64,000 nt of DNA from an uncultured Candidatus Rokubacteria bacterium. GTDB lineage: Bacteria; Methylomirabilota; Methylomirabilia; Rokubacteriales; DASRDR01. Positions 19,311 through 28,882 of the stretch are shown in pieces (positions within the stretch are counted from its first letter, which is position 1; every line of letters starts with the position of its first letter). The position numbers were made by a program, and so were the translations under genes. The stretch is taken from the NCBI GenBank assembly GCA_963826115.1, contig CAWGVS010000005.1, forward strand, positions 1,568,001-1,632,000. The letters run 5' to 3'. A model generated the notes under the pieces. The model saw nothing but the letters and a program-made list of their open reading frames with translations, was not told where the DNA came from and searched no databases.

Positions 19311-19946
19311 ATGCGACGGCTCGTGGCCCCGCTCCTCATCGCCGCCCTGGCTCTCTGGGCCGGAGTCCCCGCCCACGCCGGCCCACCGACGGACCAGCTC
19401 AAGGGCGGGATCGACCGGGTGCTGGTCATCCTGCAGGATCCCGCCATGAAGCAGCCCGGGAAGGCCGAGGAGCGGCGGCAGAAGATCCGCGCGATCGCCA
19501 ACGAGGTCTTCGACTGGCAGGAGATAGGCAAGCGCGCGCTCGCCCGGCACTGGCAGGCGCGGTCGCCCCAGGAGCGTGAGGAGTTCTCCAAGCTCTTCGC
19601 CGACCTGCTCGAGCGCTCGTACGTCGGCAAGATCGAGGCCTACAGCGGCGAGAAGATCATGTACGGCGAGGAGACCGTCGACGGGGACCAGGCCAACGTG
19701 CGGACGAAGCTCTTGACGAAGAGCGGCACCCAGATCCCGATCGAATACCAGATGCAGAAGGCGGACGAGCGCTGGCGCGTCTACGACGTGAAGATCGAGA
19801 ACGTCGGCCTGGTCGCCAACTACCGGTCCCAGTTCAACCGGATCATCCAGCAGTCGGGCTACAACGACCTGATCCAGCGACTGAAGACCAAGCAGGAAGA
19901 GCTCCAGTTCGACGATCAGGCCGCCACGAAGGGGAAGAAACCGTGA
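19311..19946 (+). CDS. mlaC: MlaC/Ttg2D (HpnM-like) periplasmic lipid shuttle
   Basis: Signal peptide, FDWQEIGKRALARHW, WRVYDVKIENVGLVANYRSQF. Confidence 0.9.
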   Translation: MRRLVAPLLIAALALWAGVPAHAGPPTDQLKGGIDRVLVILQDPAMKQPGKAEERRQKIRAIANEVFDWQEIGKRALARHWQARSPQEREEFSKLFADLLERSYVGKIEAYSGEKIMYGEETVDGDQANVRTKLLTKSGTQIPIEYQMQKADERWRVYDVKIENVGLVANYRSQFNRIIQQSGYNDLIQRLKTKQEELQFDDQAATKGKKP

Positions 19947-20695
19947 CCGGGCTCGTCCTCGCCGCCGGGCTGGGGAAGCGCCTCGCTCCCCTCACCGACG
20001 AGCGGCCCAAGGGGCTGATCGAGCTCGGCGGGCGGAGCCTCCTGGCGCGTCTCCTCGACGGCCTCCGGGCCGCCGGGGTGAACGAGACGGTCCTGGTCGT
20101 CGGCTACCGGCAGGAGATGATCCGGACCGCGCTCGGGACGTCCCACCAGGGCATGCCGCTCCGCTACGTCGTGAACCGGGATTTCGAGAAGGGCCCGCGG
20201 CTGTCGCTCTGGGCGGGCCGCGCGGAGTTCATCCGGGACGACGTGGTCCTCGCGGACGGTGACGTCCTGTTCGCGCCGCCGCTCCTCGAGCGGGTGGTGC
20301 GGGCGAAGGACGAGAGCGTGTTCCTGGGCGAGCCCGACTTCGTCGACACGGGCGAGGAGATCAACCTCTACCAGGCCGGCTCACGCGTCGTCGCGATCCG
20401 GCGGGGCGTCAGCGGCCCGCCGCCGGTGCCCTACGAGGCGCGGTCGGAGTGGGTGGGCTTCGCGAAGGTGGGCCGCGCCGCGGGGCGCGATCTCGCGGCC
20501 GGGCTCGACACCATGATTCGCGAAGGCCGGGTCGACGGCGACTACGAGGTCGCCCTCGACGGCCTCCTCGACCGGCACGCGTTCGCGGTGAGCCCGACGG
20601 CCGGCCTCCCGTGGGTCGAGATCGACTTTCCGCAGGACCTCCACGCGGCGGAGACCGAGATCCTGCCGCGGATCGACCGGCCCGGCCGGAGCTAG
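19943..20695 (+). CDS. Nucleotidyltransferase, phosphocholine/phosphonate cytidylyltransferase (LicC/PntC)-like
   Basis: LAAGLGKRL...PKGL, DGDV, WVEIDFPQDL. Confidence 0.8.
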   Translation: MTGLVLAAGLGKRLAPLTDERPKGLIELGGRSLLARLLDGLRAAGVNETVLVVGYRQEMIRTALGTSHQGMPLRYVVNRDFEKGPRLSLWAGRAEFIRDDVVLADGDVLFAPPLLERVVRAKDESVFLGEPDFVDTGEEINLYQAGSRVVAIRRGVSGPPPVPYEARSEWVGFAKVGRAAGRDLAAGLDTMIREGRVDGDYEVALDGLLDRHAFAVSPTAGLPWVEIDFPQDLHAAETEILPRIDRPGRS

Positions 20696-21201
20696 CCGGC
20701 CCGTCCCCGCGCCGCGCCCGCCGCCCGGCCGAGGCTCTCGGCGACGTCGTCGGCGAGGCGCCCGATCCTCCGGAGCCCCTCGTCGTCGTAGTGTCGGCCG
20801 GGGCCGTCCAGGAAGCCGAGCGCCCCCCGCGTCACGCCGTCGAGCCGGACCGGCGCCGCCGCCACGACCCGCAGCCCCTCGGCCTCGAGCCGCTCGCGAA
20901 GCCAGGGGGCGATCGGGACGCGCGGGTCGGCCAGGAGGTCCGGCGTCCAGACCGGACGGCCCTCCCGCACCGCGCGGCCCGCCATCCCGAGGCCGGCGGC
21001 CAGGGTCTGTCCGATCCACCGGTCCACCTCGCCCGCGCCCGCCGTGGCGACGCAGGTGAGCCGGGCGCTCCCGTCGTCGAGCCAGAAGAGCGCGGTGCGC
21101 CGCACCCCGATCGCCGTTCGGACCGCGTCGAGGACCGCGGCCGCGGCGGCGGACACGGGGCCAGAGTCGAAGGCCGACAGGGAGAGCGCGGGCCCGCTCA
21201 C
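20692..21201 (-). CDS. Stand-alone GAF-domain protein
   Basis: GTG 21201 overlaps the ridA stop; GLGMAGRAVREGRPVWTPDLLADPR...VAAAPV...GAL. Confidence 0.75.
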   Translation of the reverse strand: MSGPALSLSAFDSGPVSAAAAAVLDAVRTAIGVRRTALFWLDDGSARLTCVATAGAGEVDRWIGQTLAAGLGMAGRAVREGRPVWTPDLLADPRVPIAPWLRERLEAEGLRVVAAAPVRLDGVTRGALGFLDGPGRHYDDEGLRRIGRLADDVAESLGRAAGAARGRAG

Positions 21202-21584
21202 TCGACGGCGATCGCGTCGATCTCGACCAGCATGTCCGGGTGGATCATCGTGCCGCACTCGACCCACGTGCACGCGGGCCGGACCTCGCCGAACGCCTCG
21301 CGGTGCGCGCGGGCGACATCCTCCCACTGGGACATGTCGGCGAGGTACACACCGGTCTTCACGACGTGGCCGAGGTCGAGCCCGAGCTGGGCGAGCGCCT
21401 CCGACATCGTGCGGATCGCCTGCGCGGCCTGAACGTACGCGTCGCCCTTGCCCACGACCACCCCGCCCGGGCCCGCGGCCGTGCAGCCCGACACCCACGC
21501 CATGTCGCCGACCCGGACGGCCCGCGAGTAGCCGACCAGCGGCTCCCACCGCCCGCCGGAGGAGACCCGCTGGCGCGGCCGCAT
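21198..21584 (-). CDS. RidA/YjgF/UK114 family protein
   Basis: SSGGRWEPLVGYSRAVRVG, VSGCT, RPACT, LVEIDA. Confidence 0.9.
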   Translation of the reverse strand: MRPRQRVSSGGRWEPLVGYSRAVRVGDMAWVSGCTAAGPGGVVVGKGDAYVQAAQAIRTMSEALAQLGLDLGHVVKTGVYLADMSQWEDVARAHREAFGEVRPACTWVECGTMIHPDMLVEIDAIAVE

Positions 21585-22615
21585 CACGGCGCGCCGTTCC
21601 GGGCGCCCCGCTGGAAGTGCGGCATCACGCGGTCGGCGAAGAGCCGCATCGAGCGCGTGATCTGCTCGTGGGTCAGGTACCCGGCGAACTGCGTGACGTT
21701 CAGGAAGTCCGTGACCTCGAAGTAGTCGATCAGCTCGCGGAGCCGCTTGACCGCATCCTCCGGTGACCCCGAGAGGCGCGCCAGCGTGGGAATCCGGTCG
21801 TAGAGGGAGTGCTGCGTCTTCTCGGCGTCGACGGTGAGGCTGTCGAGGAAGCCGAAGTACTTCTCCATGCCGCGCTCGAACGTCTCGTTCGCCTCCGCAG
21901 CGCTCTCCGCCAGATAGCAGAACATCGTGAGCCCGACCCGCATCCGCGCCGGGTCGTGGCCGTGCTCCCGGTACACCCGGCGGTACGTGTCGATCTGGGC
22001 CCGGAGGGCCTCCGGCTTCTGGTTCGCGGGGAACGTCAGGATCGGCCAGCCGAGGGCCCCGTACCGGGCGAACGACGCCTCGCTGATCGAGGCCCCCCAG
22101 CACGGGATCGGGTTCTGCACCGGCTTCGGCCAGATGCTGGCGCGGCGGCCCCGGTAGAGCGGGGTCTCGTAATCGAGCCCGTCCAGCTGGCCGAGCGCCT
22201 CGCGGACGACGGCAAGCGACTGGTCGAAGCGCGCCTGGCTCTCCTCGAGCTTCACCCCGAACCCCATGAACTCGTGGGGCTGGTAGCCGCGCCCCAGGCC
22301 CAGCTCGAGCCGCCCGTTGCTCAGGCAGTCGACCATCGCCGCCTGCTCGACGACCCGGATCGGGTGGTGCTGGAACGGGAGCACGACGACGCCTGCCCCC
22401 AGGCGGATGCGGCGCGTCTCACGGGCCGCCGCCGCGGCCATCATGAGGCAGTCCGGCACCAGGGCGTACCCCGCGAAGTGATGCTCGGCGAACCAGCAAG
22501 CCCAGTAGCCGAGCTGGTCCATGAGACGCACCTCGGCGAGCTGCTGCTCGTAGCGCTCCTGGCTCGACTGCCCGTCCCGCCGGTCGCACAGCACGAGATG
22601 CGAGAAGTACGTCAC
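21584..22615 (-). CDS. LLM-class flavin-dependent monooxygenase
   Basis: WFAEHHF, IRLGAGVVVLP, DCLSNGRLELGLGRGY, PKPVQNP. Confidence 0.9.
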   Translation of the reverse strand: MTYFSHLVLCDRRDGQSSQERYEQQLAEVRLMDQLGYWACWFAEHHFAGYALVPDCLMMAAAAARETRRIRLGAGVVVLPFQHHPIRVVEQAAMVDCLSNGRLELGLGRGYQPHEFMGFGVKLEESQARFDQSLAVVREALGQLDGLDYETPLYRGRRASIWPKPVQNPIPCWGASISEASFARYGALGWPILTFPANQKPEALRAQIDTYRRVYREHGHDPARMRVGLTMFCYLAESAAEANETFERGMEKYFGFLDSLTVDAEKTQHSLYDRIPTLARLSGSPEDAVKRLRELIDYFEVTDFLNVTQFAGYLTHEQITRSMRLFADRVMPHFQRGARNGAP

Positions 22616-22643
22616 GCGAGCTCCTCCGTGTTCGAGTGCCGTG

Positions 22644-22726
22644 ACTGTATCGACGGCCGTTCGCCGCTGTCAAGCGAGGCGCCGCCCGGCGCCCCGATTG
22701 ACGCGCCTGGCGCGGCGGGCTAGCGT
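22644..22726. promoter_or_regulatory. Back-to-back sigma70-like promoters for the two LLM genes
   Basis: Minus: TTGACA-N18-TACAGT (22673-22644); plus: TTGACG-N17-TAGCGT (22698-22726). Confidence 0.6.
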
Positions 22727-22761
22727 TTCGTGGTGAACCGCGAACGAGACCGCCACTCCGG

Positions 22762-23841
22762 ATGTTGCCGGTCGCCGCGCCCGTGAAGTTCGGATTGATC
22801 GCGCAGATGCAGGCGCCGAAGCCGTGGCGCGCGGGCGAGAACGTCGACCACCGCATCCACTGGGACACGCTGGCCGAGGCAGTCCTCGCCGACGAGGTCG
22901 GCTTCGACTACTACTGGGCGACCGAGCACCATTTCTACGAGGAGATCGCCCACAGCTCCGCCCCCGAGGTCTTCCTGGCGGCGCTGGCCGCGCGCACGGG
23001 TCGGATCCGGCTGGGTCACGGGGTGGTCGTGCTCCCGTGCAACCACCCGGTGCGGGTGGCCGAGCGCGCCGCGACGCTCGACATCCTGTCGAACGGCCGC
23101 CTCGACCTCGGCACGGGGCGGGGCGCGTCCTGGTACCACACCGAGGCGTTCGGAGTCTCGATCGACGAGTCGCGGGAGGTCTGGGACGAGGCGCTCCGCG
23201 TGATCCTGGGGCTCATGGTCCACGACACCTTCCCGGGGCACAAGGGCCGGCACTTCGAGGTCCCCGAGCGGAAGCTCGTCCCCAAGCCGCTCCAGAAGCC
23301 CCACCCTCCGCTCTGGGTCGCGGCCACGAGCCGGGCGACCTTCGCCAGCGCCGCCCGCGCGGGCCTGGGCGTCCTCGGGTTCACCGCCGTCCCGCCCGAG
23401 GAGCTCGCGCCGGCGGTGGCGGCGTACCGCGAGGCCCAGGCCGGGGCCGACCCCTCGGGCTTCTACGGCGTCGCGCCGAACTTCCAGGTGGCGGCGTTCA
23501 TGACCGCGCACTGCGACGCGGACGACCGCCGCGGGCGCGCGATCGCCGGCGCCGCGGCGCGCTGGTACCTCGGGGACAACGACGCGCCGTTGAACCGCGT
23601 GCGGTTCGGGCCCGACTTCGACCGGAGCCGGTTCGCCAAGTACACCGACGACGCGCTCGTCCGCGACCGCATGGTGGTCGGCGGCGATCCCGACACGTGC
23701 TCGCGCGTGGTCGAGGCGTGGGCGAAGGTCGGCGTCGACCAGCTCATCCTGATGATCCAGGCCGGCGAGACGTCGCACGACGACGTCATGCGCGCGATCG
23801 AGCTCCTGGGCACGAAGGTGCTGCCCCGCTTCCAGGACTGA
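22762..23841 (+). CDS. LLM-class flavin-dependent monooxygenase
   Basis: WATEHHF, SSAPEVFL, HPVRVAERAATLDILSNGRLDLGTGRG, PKPLQKPHPPLW. Confidence 0.9.
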   Translation: MLPVAAPVKFGLIAQMQAPKPWRAGENVDHRIHWDTLAEAVLADEVGFDYYWATEHHFYEEIAHSSAPEVFLAALAARTGRIRLGHGVVVLPCNHPVRVAERAATLDILSNGRLDLGTGRGASWYHTEAFGVSIDESREVWDEALRVILGLMVHDTFPGHKGRHFEVPERKLVPKPLQKPHPPLWVAATSRATFASAARAGLGVLGFTAVPPEELAPAVAAYREAQAGADPSGFYGVAPNFQVAAFMTAHCDADDRRGRAIAGAAARWYLGDNDAPLNRVRFGPDFDRSRFAKYTDDALVRDRMVVGGDPDTCSRVVEAWAKVGVDQLILMIQAGETSHDDVMRAIELLGTKVLPRFQD

Positions 23842-23858
23842 CGCCGGCGCGCCGGGGC

Positions 23859-24407
23859 TCAGCCGCTGGTTCGGCTCCGGAACCGGTAGAGGGCGACCAG
23901 CGTGCCCGCGTCGAGAATGTCCCCCGCGTCCGCCATGCGGTAGGCCTCGCCCACCGGCACCGGCACGACCTCGATCTGCTCGTCGGCGTCGAGCCCGCGC
24001 GGGGCCGGGCGAAGCTCCCGCGCCACGAACAGGAAGATGCGCTCGTCGGTGAGCCCGGGGTCGGCCAGGGCCTCCCCCAGCGGCTCGAGCCGGCCGGCCT
24101 CGTAGCCCGCCTCCTCGATCAGCTCCCGCCGGGCGCACGCCTCGGGCGACTCGCCGGCCTCGATGGTCCCCGCCGGCAGCTCCCAGATCTCGGCGCCCAC
24201 GATGGGCCGGTACTGCCGGATCAGCGCCACGCGGCCGTCGTCGAGGATGGGGACGATGTAGGCGACGGACGGCGTCCGCACCGCGTCGAGCCACACCCGT
24301 CGGCCGTCGGGCAGCGCGTGGCGCTCCCGCCGGACGCGGAGCCGGCTCCCGCGGTACTCGGGGGGATCGCCCGGGTCGTCTACCCCGCGTGCGGCGCCTT
24401 GATCCAT
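23859..24407 (-). CDS. NUDIX hydrolase (ADP-ribose pyrophosphatase-like)
   Basis: RQYR, ELPAGTIEAGESPEACARRELIEEAG Nudix box; start position uncertain. Confidence 0.85.
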   Translation of the reverse strand: MDQGAARGVDDPGDPPEYRGSRLRVRRERHALPDGRRVWLDAVRTPSVAYIVPILDDGRVALIRQYRPIVGAEIWELPAGTIEAGESPEACARRELIEEAGYEAGRLEPLGEALADPGLTDERIFLFVARELRPAPRGLDADEQIEVVPVPVGEAYRMADAGDILDAGTLVALYRFRSRTSG

Positions 24408-25195
24408 TGGATGATCGCGTCGACCACCTCGCGCTCGATGCCGAAGTAGCCGTGCTGCGCCTGGGCCTCGCACGGATCGGACTTCGGCGGATTGCCGCCC
24501 TCGAACGTGAGGATCTCCTTCGGGCTGGCCTGCCCCAGCGCCTTGTAGATGACGGTCGCCTCCGAAGGCGAGGAGAACTTGCAGGCGTCGTCCTTGTGCC
24601 GGACGATCAGTGTCGGGATCCGGATGTCCCCGAGCTTGGCCGTCTTCACCGTCTCTCCGGTGGTCCGGGAAGTCTGCACGACGCTGGAAGTCAGCACGAG
24701 CCCGTCCGGGCCACCCGGGCCTTCCGCGAGACGCCCCGCCACCCCGGCGGCCGAGACGGACCCCATGCTCGTCCCCACGAGCCACACGGGAACGGGCGCC
24801 ATCTCGCGAAGCGCGCCGATCACCTGCTTCATGTCCTCGGCATGCTCCTTCGAGGTCCGGAAGTTCCAGTAGTCTCCGCGGTCGGACGGGGTGTCGACCA
24901 CGGCGACCAGGAAGCCGGCGTTCGCGAACCGCTCCCGCATCTTGACCAGGAAGTTGAACTTGAGCTGGCCGATGTTGTTCGGCGGTGAGAGCGCCAGGTG
25001 GCCGTCGCCGCCGGCGAAGAGGATCAGGCTCGCGGTCGGCGTCTTGGGCGAGCGCACGAGCAGGAATCCCTGCGTGACGCCCTTTCGCGTCGGCACGCTC
25101 CGGACTTCGTCGCTCGCGGCGCCGGCCTGGACGGCGGCGACAAGGAGCGCCAGGACCAGGCCGCGGCGAACTTGGCGGCCGGTCGGCTGTCTCAT
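24380..25195 (-). CDS. Exported alpha/beta hydrolase
   Basis: Signal peptide, LFAGGDG oxyanion, GTSMG nucleophile elbow, DACK, HGYFG. Confidence 0.82.
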   Translation of the reverse strand: MRQPTGRQVRRGLVLALLVAAVQAGAASDEVRSVPTRKGVTQGFLLVRSPKTPTASLILFAGGDGHLALSPPNNIGQLKFNFLVKMRERFANAGFLVAVVDTPSDRGDYWNFRTSKEHAEDMKQVIGALREMAPVPVWLVGTSMGSVSAAGVAGRLAEGPGGPDGLVLTSSVVQTSRTTGETVKTAKLGDIRIPTLIVRHKDDACKFSSPSEATVIYKALGQASPKEILTFEGGNPPKSDPCEAQAQHGYFGIEREVVDAIIQWIKAPHAG

Positions 25196-25221
25196 CTCGT
25201 CCCCTCCCCTTCTTGCCGTGA

Positions 25222-27657
25222 TCAGGTCCGCACTCGCTCGCCCCGCGGGTCCCAGAGAGGCGCCCGGCGGACCTCCGCGGCCACGAGCCGGCCGAACGAC
25301 TCCACCGAGACCCGGGTGCCCGGCCCCGTCAGGTCGATCGGCAGGTAGGCGAGCCCGACGTTCTGTCCGAGCGTGTGGCCGTACCCCCCGCTCCGCAGAC
25401 GGCCCACGACGCGGCCCTCCGAGACGACGGCCTCCCCGCCCCACAGGACGCACGACGCCCCGTCGAGGACGAGAGGCACGAGCCTCCGCTCGGGTCCGGT
25501 CGCGCGCTGGCGCAGGAGCGCCTCGCGCCCGATGAAGTCGCCCTTGTCGAGCCGGACGCAGAAGCCGAGGCTCGCCTCGAGGGGCGTGTCGCTCGGGCCG
25601 ATGTCGTCGCCCCAGTAGTAGAAGCATTTCTCGAGGCGGAGGGTGTTCAGGGCGTAGTAGCCGACCGGCTGGATCCCGAACTCCTCGCCGGCGGCCAGGA
25701 GGGCGTCCCACACCCGCCCGGCGCCGTCCGCCGGGACGACCAGCTCCCAGCCGAGCTCCCCGGCGAAGCTCACGCGGTTGGCGCGCACCCCCACCCCGGC
25801 CACGTCGACCGGCCGGGACGTGAGGTACGGGAACGCCGGCGTCGACAGATCGGCCCGGCTCACCTTGGCGAGGGTCCGCCGGGAGTCCGGGCCCCAGACG
25901 CTCACGACGGCGTGGCGGTCGGTGACGTCGGCGATCGTGACCGAGCCGTCGTCCGGCAGGTGGAGCCGGAGCCAGCCGAGGTCGCTCGCCGACGACCCGG
26001 TCCCCGTGGTCACCCGGAACGCCGCGGCGTCGAGGCGGGTGACGGTCACGTCGCACTCGATCCCGCCACGCGGGTTCAGGCACTGCGTGTAGATCAGGCT
26101 CCCCGCGGGCCGGTCCACGTCGTTCGCGCAGAGGCGCTGGAGGAACGGGACGGCGCCCGGGCCGGTCACGTCGAGCTTGCCGAAGGACGTCATGTCGAGG
26201 AGGCCCACGCGCTCGCGCACGGCTCGGTGCTCGCGCGCGACGTGCTCCCAGTAGCCCGGCCGGTCCCACGTCCGCTCGTCGATGCCCTGCCGCCGCCCTG
26301 GCCGCCCGGGGACGAAGTAGTTGGCGCGCTCCCAGCCTCCGCGTTCCCCGAACACGGCGCCGCGGGCGAGGAGCCGCTCGAGGAGCGGGCTCGTCCGGGC
26401 CGGACGGCCCCACTCCCCCTCGTCCGACGGGAACCGGGGCGCGTAGTAGTAGCGGTACACCTCCCGTGCCCGCTCCGCGGCGATGCGGCGGTCGCGCAGG
26501 TGGGGACCGAACCGGCGGACGTTCAGCTCCGAGACGTCCATCGAGGGCGCCCCCTCGAGGATCCACTCGGCCATCACCCGCCCGACGCCGCCCGCGCCCG
26601 CGATGCCGTTGATCGACATCCCGGCCGCAACCCAGAGCCCCGGGCGCCCCGGGACCGGGCCCAGCGCGTAGTGACCGTCCGGCGTGAAGCCGTCGGGCCC
26701 GTTGACGAGCTGGAGGATCTCGGCCTTCTCGACCGCGGGAAACCGCCGGATCGCGCCGGCCAGGAGCGGCTCGAACAGCTCCCACTCGGCCGGCAGGAGC
26801 TGCTGCGTGAACTCCCAGGGCACGTCGTCGAGCCGCCACGTCTTCGGATCCGGCTCGAAGCCGCCCACCAGGTAGCCGCCGACCTCCTCGCGGACGTAGA
26901 CGAGGTTCTCGGGATCGCGCACCACCGGCGTGTCCCGGGACAGCTCCTGGCCGGGAACCGGACGCGTGATCAGGTACTGGTGCATGAGCGGCACGATGGG
27001 CAGGTCGACGGCGGCCATCGCCGCGACGCGGGGCGCCCACTGGCCGGCCGCGTTGACGACGATCTCGGCGCGGATCGGGCCGGCGGTCGTCTCGACCCCC
27101 CGAATCCGGCCCTTCGGATCCACGTGGATGCCGGTGACCCGGACCCCGGTGACGATCTCCGCACCCCGCGCGGCGGCCCGGCGCGCCAGCTCGCGGGTCA
27201 TCCCGTTCGGCTCGAGGTACCCGTCGTCCGGGATGTGCACCGCGCCGTGGAGATCGGCGCTGCTCATGAGCGGACAGACGCGCAGCGCCTCGTCCGGCCC
27301 GATGATGGCCACGTCGAGCCCGAGCGCGCGGGCCCGGCTCACGCTCCTCTGGAGCCCCTTCAGCATCGCCGCGCTCGAGGCGAGCCGGAGGCTCCCCACC
27401 GGCCGCCAGCCGGCCGCCTCGCCGAGCTCGGCGGCCAGCTCCCGGTAGAGCCGGATGCTGTAACTCATCAGTTGCATGTCGGCAGGCGAGGTGCGGAACT
27501 GGGACACGAGCCCGACGGAATGGAAGGTCGTGCCGCTGGTGAGCTCGCCCTTCTCGACCAGGGCGACGTCGCGGCACCCCGCGGCCGCCAGGTGGTAGGC
27601 GATGCTGCAGCCGACGATCCCGCCGCCCACCACGACCACGGCCGCGTCGGCTCGCAT
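25222..27657 (-). CDS. GcvT-family FAD/folate-dependent dehydrogenase (sarcosine/dimethylglycine dehydrogenase-like)
   Basis: GGGIVG FAD motif, SGTTFHSVG (covalent-FAD His), GWERANYF, DMTSFGK, GELGWEL, LRLEK. Confidence 0.92.
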   Translation of the reverse strand: MRADAAVVVVGGGIVGCSIAYHLAAAGCRDVALVEKGELTSGTTFHSVGLVSQFRTSPADMQLMSYSIRLYRELAAELGEAAGWRPVGSLRLASSAAMLKGLQRSVSRARALGLDVAIIGPDEALRVCPLMSSADLHGAVHIPDDGYLEPNGMTRELARRAAARGAEIVTGVRVTGIHVDPKGRIRGVETTAGPIRAEIVVNAAGQWAPRVAAMAAVDLPIVPLMHQYLITRPVPGQELSRDTPVVRDPENLVYVREEVGGYLVGGFEPDPKTWRLDDVPWEFTQQLLPAEWELFEPLLAGAIRRFPAVEKAEILQLVNGPDGFTPDGHYALGPVPGRPGLWVAAGMSINGIAGAGGVGRVMAEWILEGAPSMDVSELNVRRFGPHLRDRRIAAERAREVYRYYYAPRFPSDEGEWGRPARTSPLLERLLARGAVFGERGGWERANYFVPGRPGRRQGIDERTWDRPGYWEHVAREHRAVRERVGLLDMTSFGKLDVTGPGAVPFLQRLCANDVDRPAGSLIYTQCLNPRGGIECDVTVTRLDAAAFRVTTGTGSSASDLGWLRLHLPDDGSVTIADVTDRHAVVSVWGPDSRRTLAKVSRADLSTPAFPYLTSRPVDVAGVGVRANRVSFAGELGWELVVPADGAGRVWDALLAAGEEFGIQPVGYYALNTLRLEKCFYYWGDDIGPSDTPLEASLGFCVRLDKGDFIGREALLRQRATGPERRLVPLVLDGASCVLWGGEAVVSEGRVVGRLRSGGYGHTLGQNVGLAYLPIDLTGPGTRVSVESFGRLVAAEVRRAPLWDPRGERVRT

Positions 27658-27687
27658 GGCGTTCCTATCGGCTCGGGCGCGACTCCG

Positions 27688-28866
27688 TCAGGCGAGGATC
27701 TCCTCGAGGACCCGGCCGTCGACCCGCCCGGCGGCCATGTCCGTCAGCCGGCAAAGCGTGGGCATGAGGTCGATCGTCCGGCCGGCCCGCATCTCCGACC
27801 CGGGCCGTACCCCCGGGCCGGTCATCAGCATCGGGATCCGCTGCTCGTGCTTGGAGCCGTGCGACCGGAGCCCCGACTCGGTCCGGTGGGCCGGGCCGTC
27901 GTCCCACACGCCCAGCGCCACGTCGCGCGCCGCCCAGCAGATGAGGTCGCCGACCCGCTCGGGCGGGAGGTGGTCCCGGTGGGCCTCCGCGTTCGGGACA
28001 ACCTCGTCGATCCCGGGGACCCGTTCGAGGACGACCCGGGCCTCCCGGGCCATCCCGGGGTCGTCGAAGTACAGGTAGAGCGCCCCGCCGAGATCCCGGT
28101 GGTGGGCGTAGAGGCCGTCCCGGATGAGCGGCACGCCGTGGGTCGCGATGCCGTGCTCCCCGAGCACCCTGACCGGCGAGACGGAGCGGAGCTTCGCGTT
28201 CATCCCGTGGTCCGCCGTGAGGATGACCAGGGTCTCGGCCGGGTCGTAGACGTCCAGGAGGCGCCCGAGGGCCTCGTCCTTCGCCTCGAGGTACTGCTGC
28301 ATGGCGGGCTCGTCGGGCGCCAGCATGTGCTGGGGGTAGTCCGTCGTCGCGACATAGAGGAAGTCCGGGCGCTCGCGGAGCGCGACCTCCCGGGCCATCC
28401 GGAACACCCACAGGTTGATGTCGAGGGTGAAGATCTCGGGCGGGGCCCCGGCGGCCGCCCGGTGGGCCTCGGGGTGGGTCTTCATGTCCACGCACACGTC
28501 GAGCCCGCGCCGGAGGAGCTTCGTGAGCTTCTCCTTGGCGGTCACGAGGGCCGTCGACCAGCCGGCCTTCTGGAAGTGCTCGAAGACCAGCGGCTCCTGG
28601 ACGAACGAGACCTGCTCCATGAAGACGTCCGCCTTCGCCCCGCGGTCGTAGAAGAAGTTCGTCGAGAGACCGTGGCGGGCGGGGTACGTCCCCGTGAGGA
28701 GCGAGATGTGGTTCACGTTCGTCAGGCTCGGAAGGACCCCCCGGCCGTCGAGCGTCGAGCCGCCGGCCTTCATGAGCGCGGCCAGCCGGGGCATCCGGGC
28801 CGGCTGGACGTACCCCGGGTCGAACCCGTCGATGAGGAACATGAGGATCTTCCGTGGACGGCTCAT
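27688..28866 (-). CDS. phnA: Phosphonoacetate hydrolase (alkaline phosphatase superfamily)
   Basis: IDG metal ligand, PSLTNVNH (Thr nucleophile), TTDYPQH, TADHGMN, LRSHGS; adjacent to phnW. Confidence 0.82.
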   Translation of the reverse strand: MSRPRKILMFLIDGFDPGYVQPARMPRLAALMKAGGSTLDGRGVLPSLTNVNHISLLTGTYPARHGLSTNFFYDRGAKADVFMEQVSFVQEPLVFEHFQKAGWSTALVTAKEKLTKLLRRGLDVCVDMKTHPEAHRAAAGAPPEIFTLDINLWVFRMAREVALRERPDFLYVATTDYPQHMLAPDEPAMQQYLEAKDEALGRLLDVYDPAETLVILTADHGMNAKLRSVSPVRVLGEHGIATHGVPLIRDGLYAHHRDLGGALYLYFDDPGMAREARVVLERVPGIDEVVPNAEAHRDHLPPERVGDLICWAARDVALGVWDDGPAHRTESGLRSHGSKHEQRIPMLMTGPGVRPGSEMRAGRTIDLMPTLCRLTDMAAGRVDGRVLEEILA

Positions 28867-28882
28867 CGGTCGACCTCCGGGG

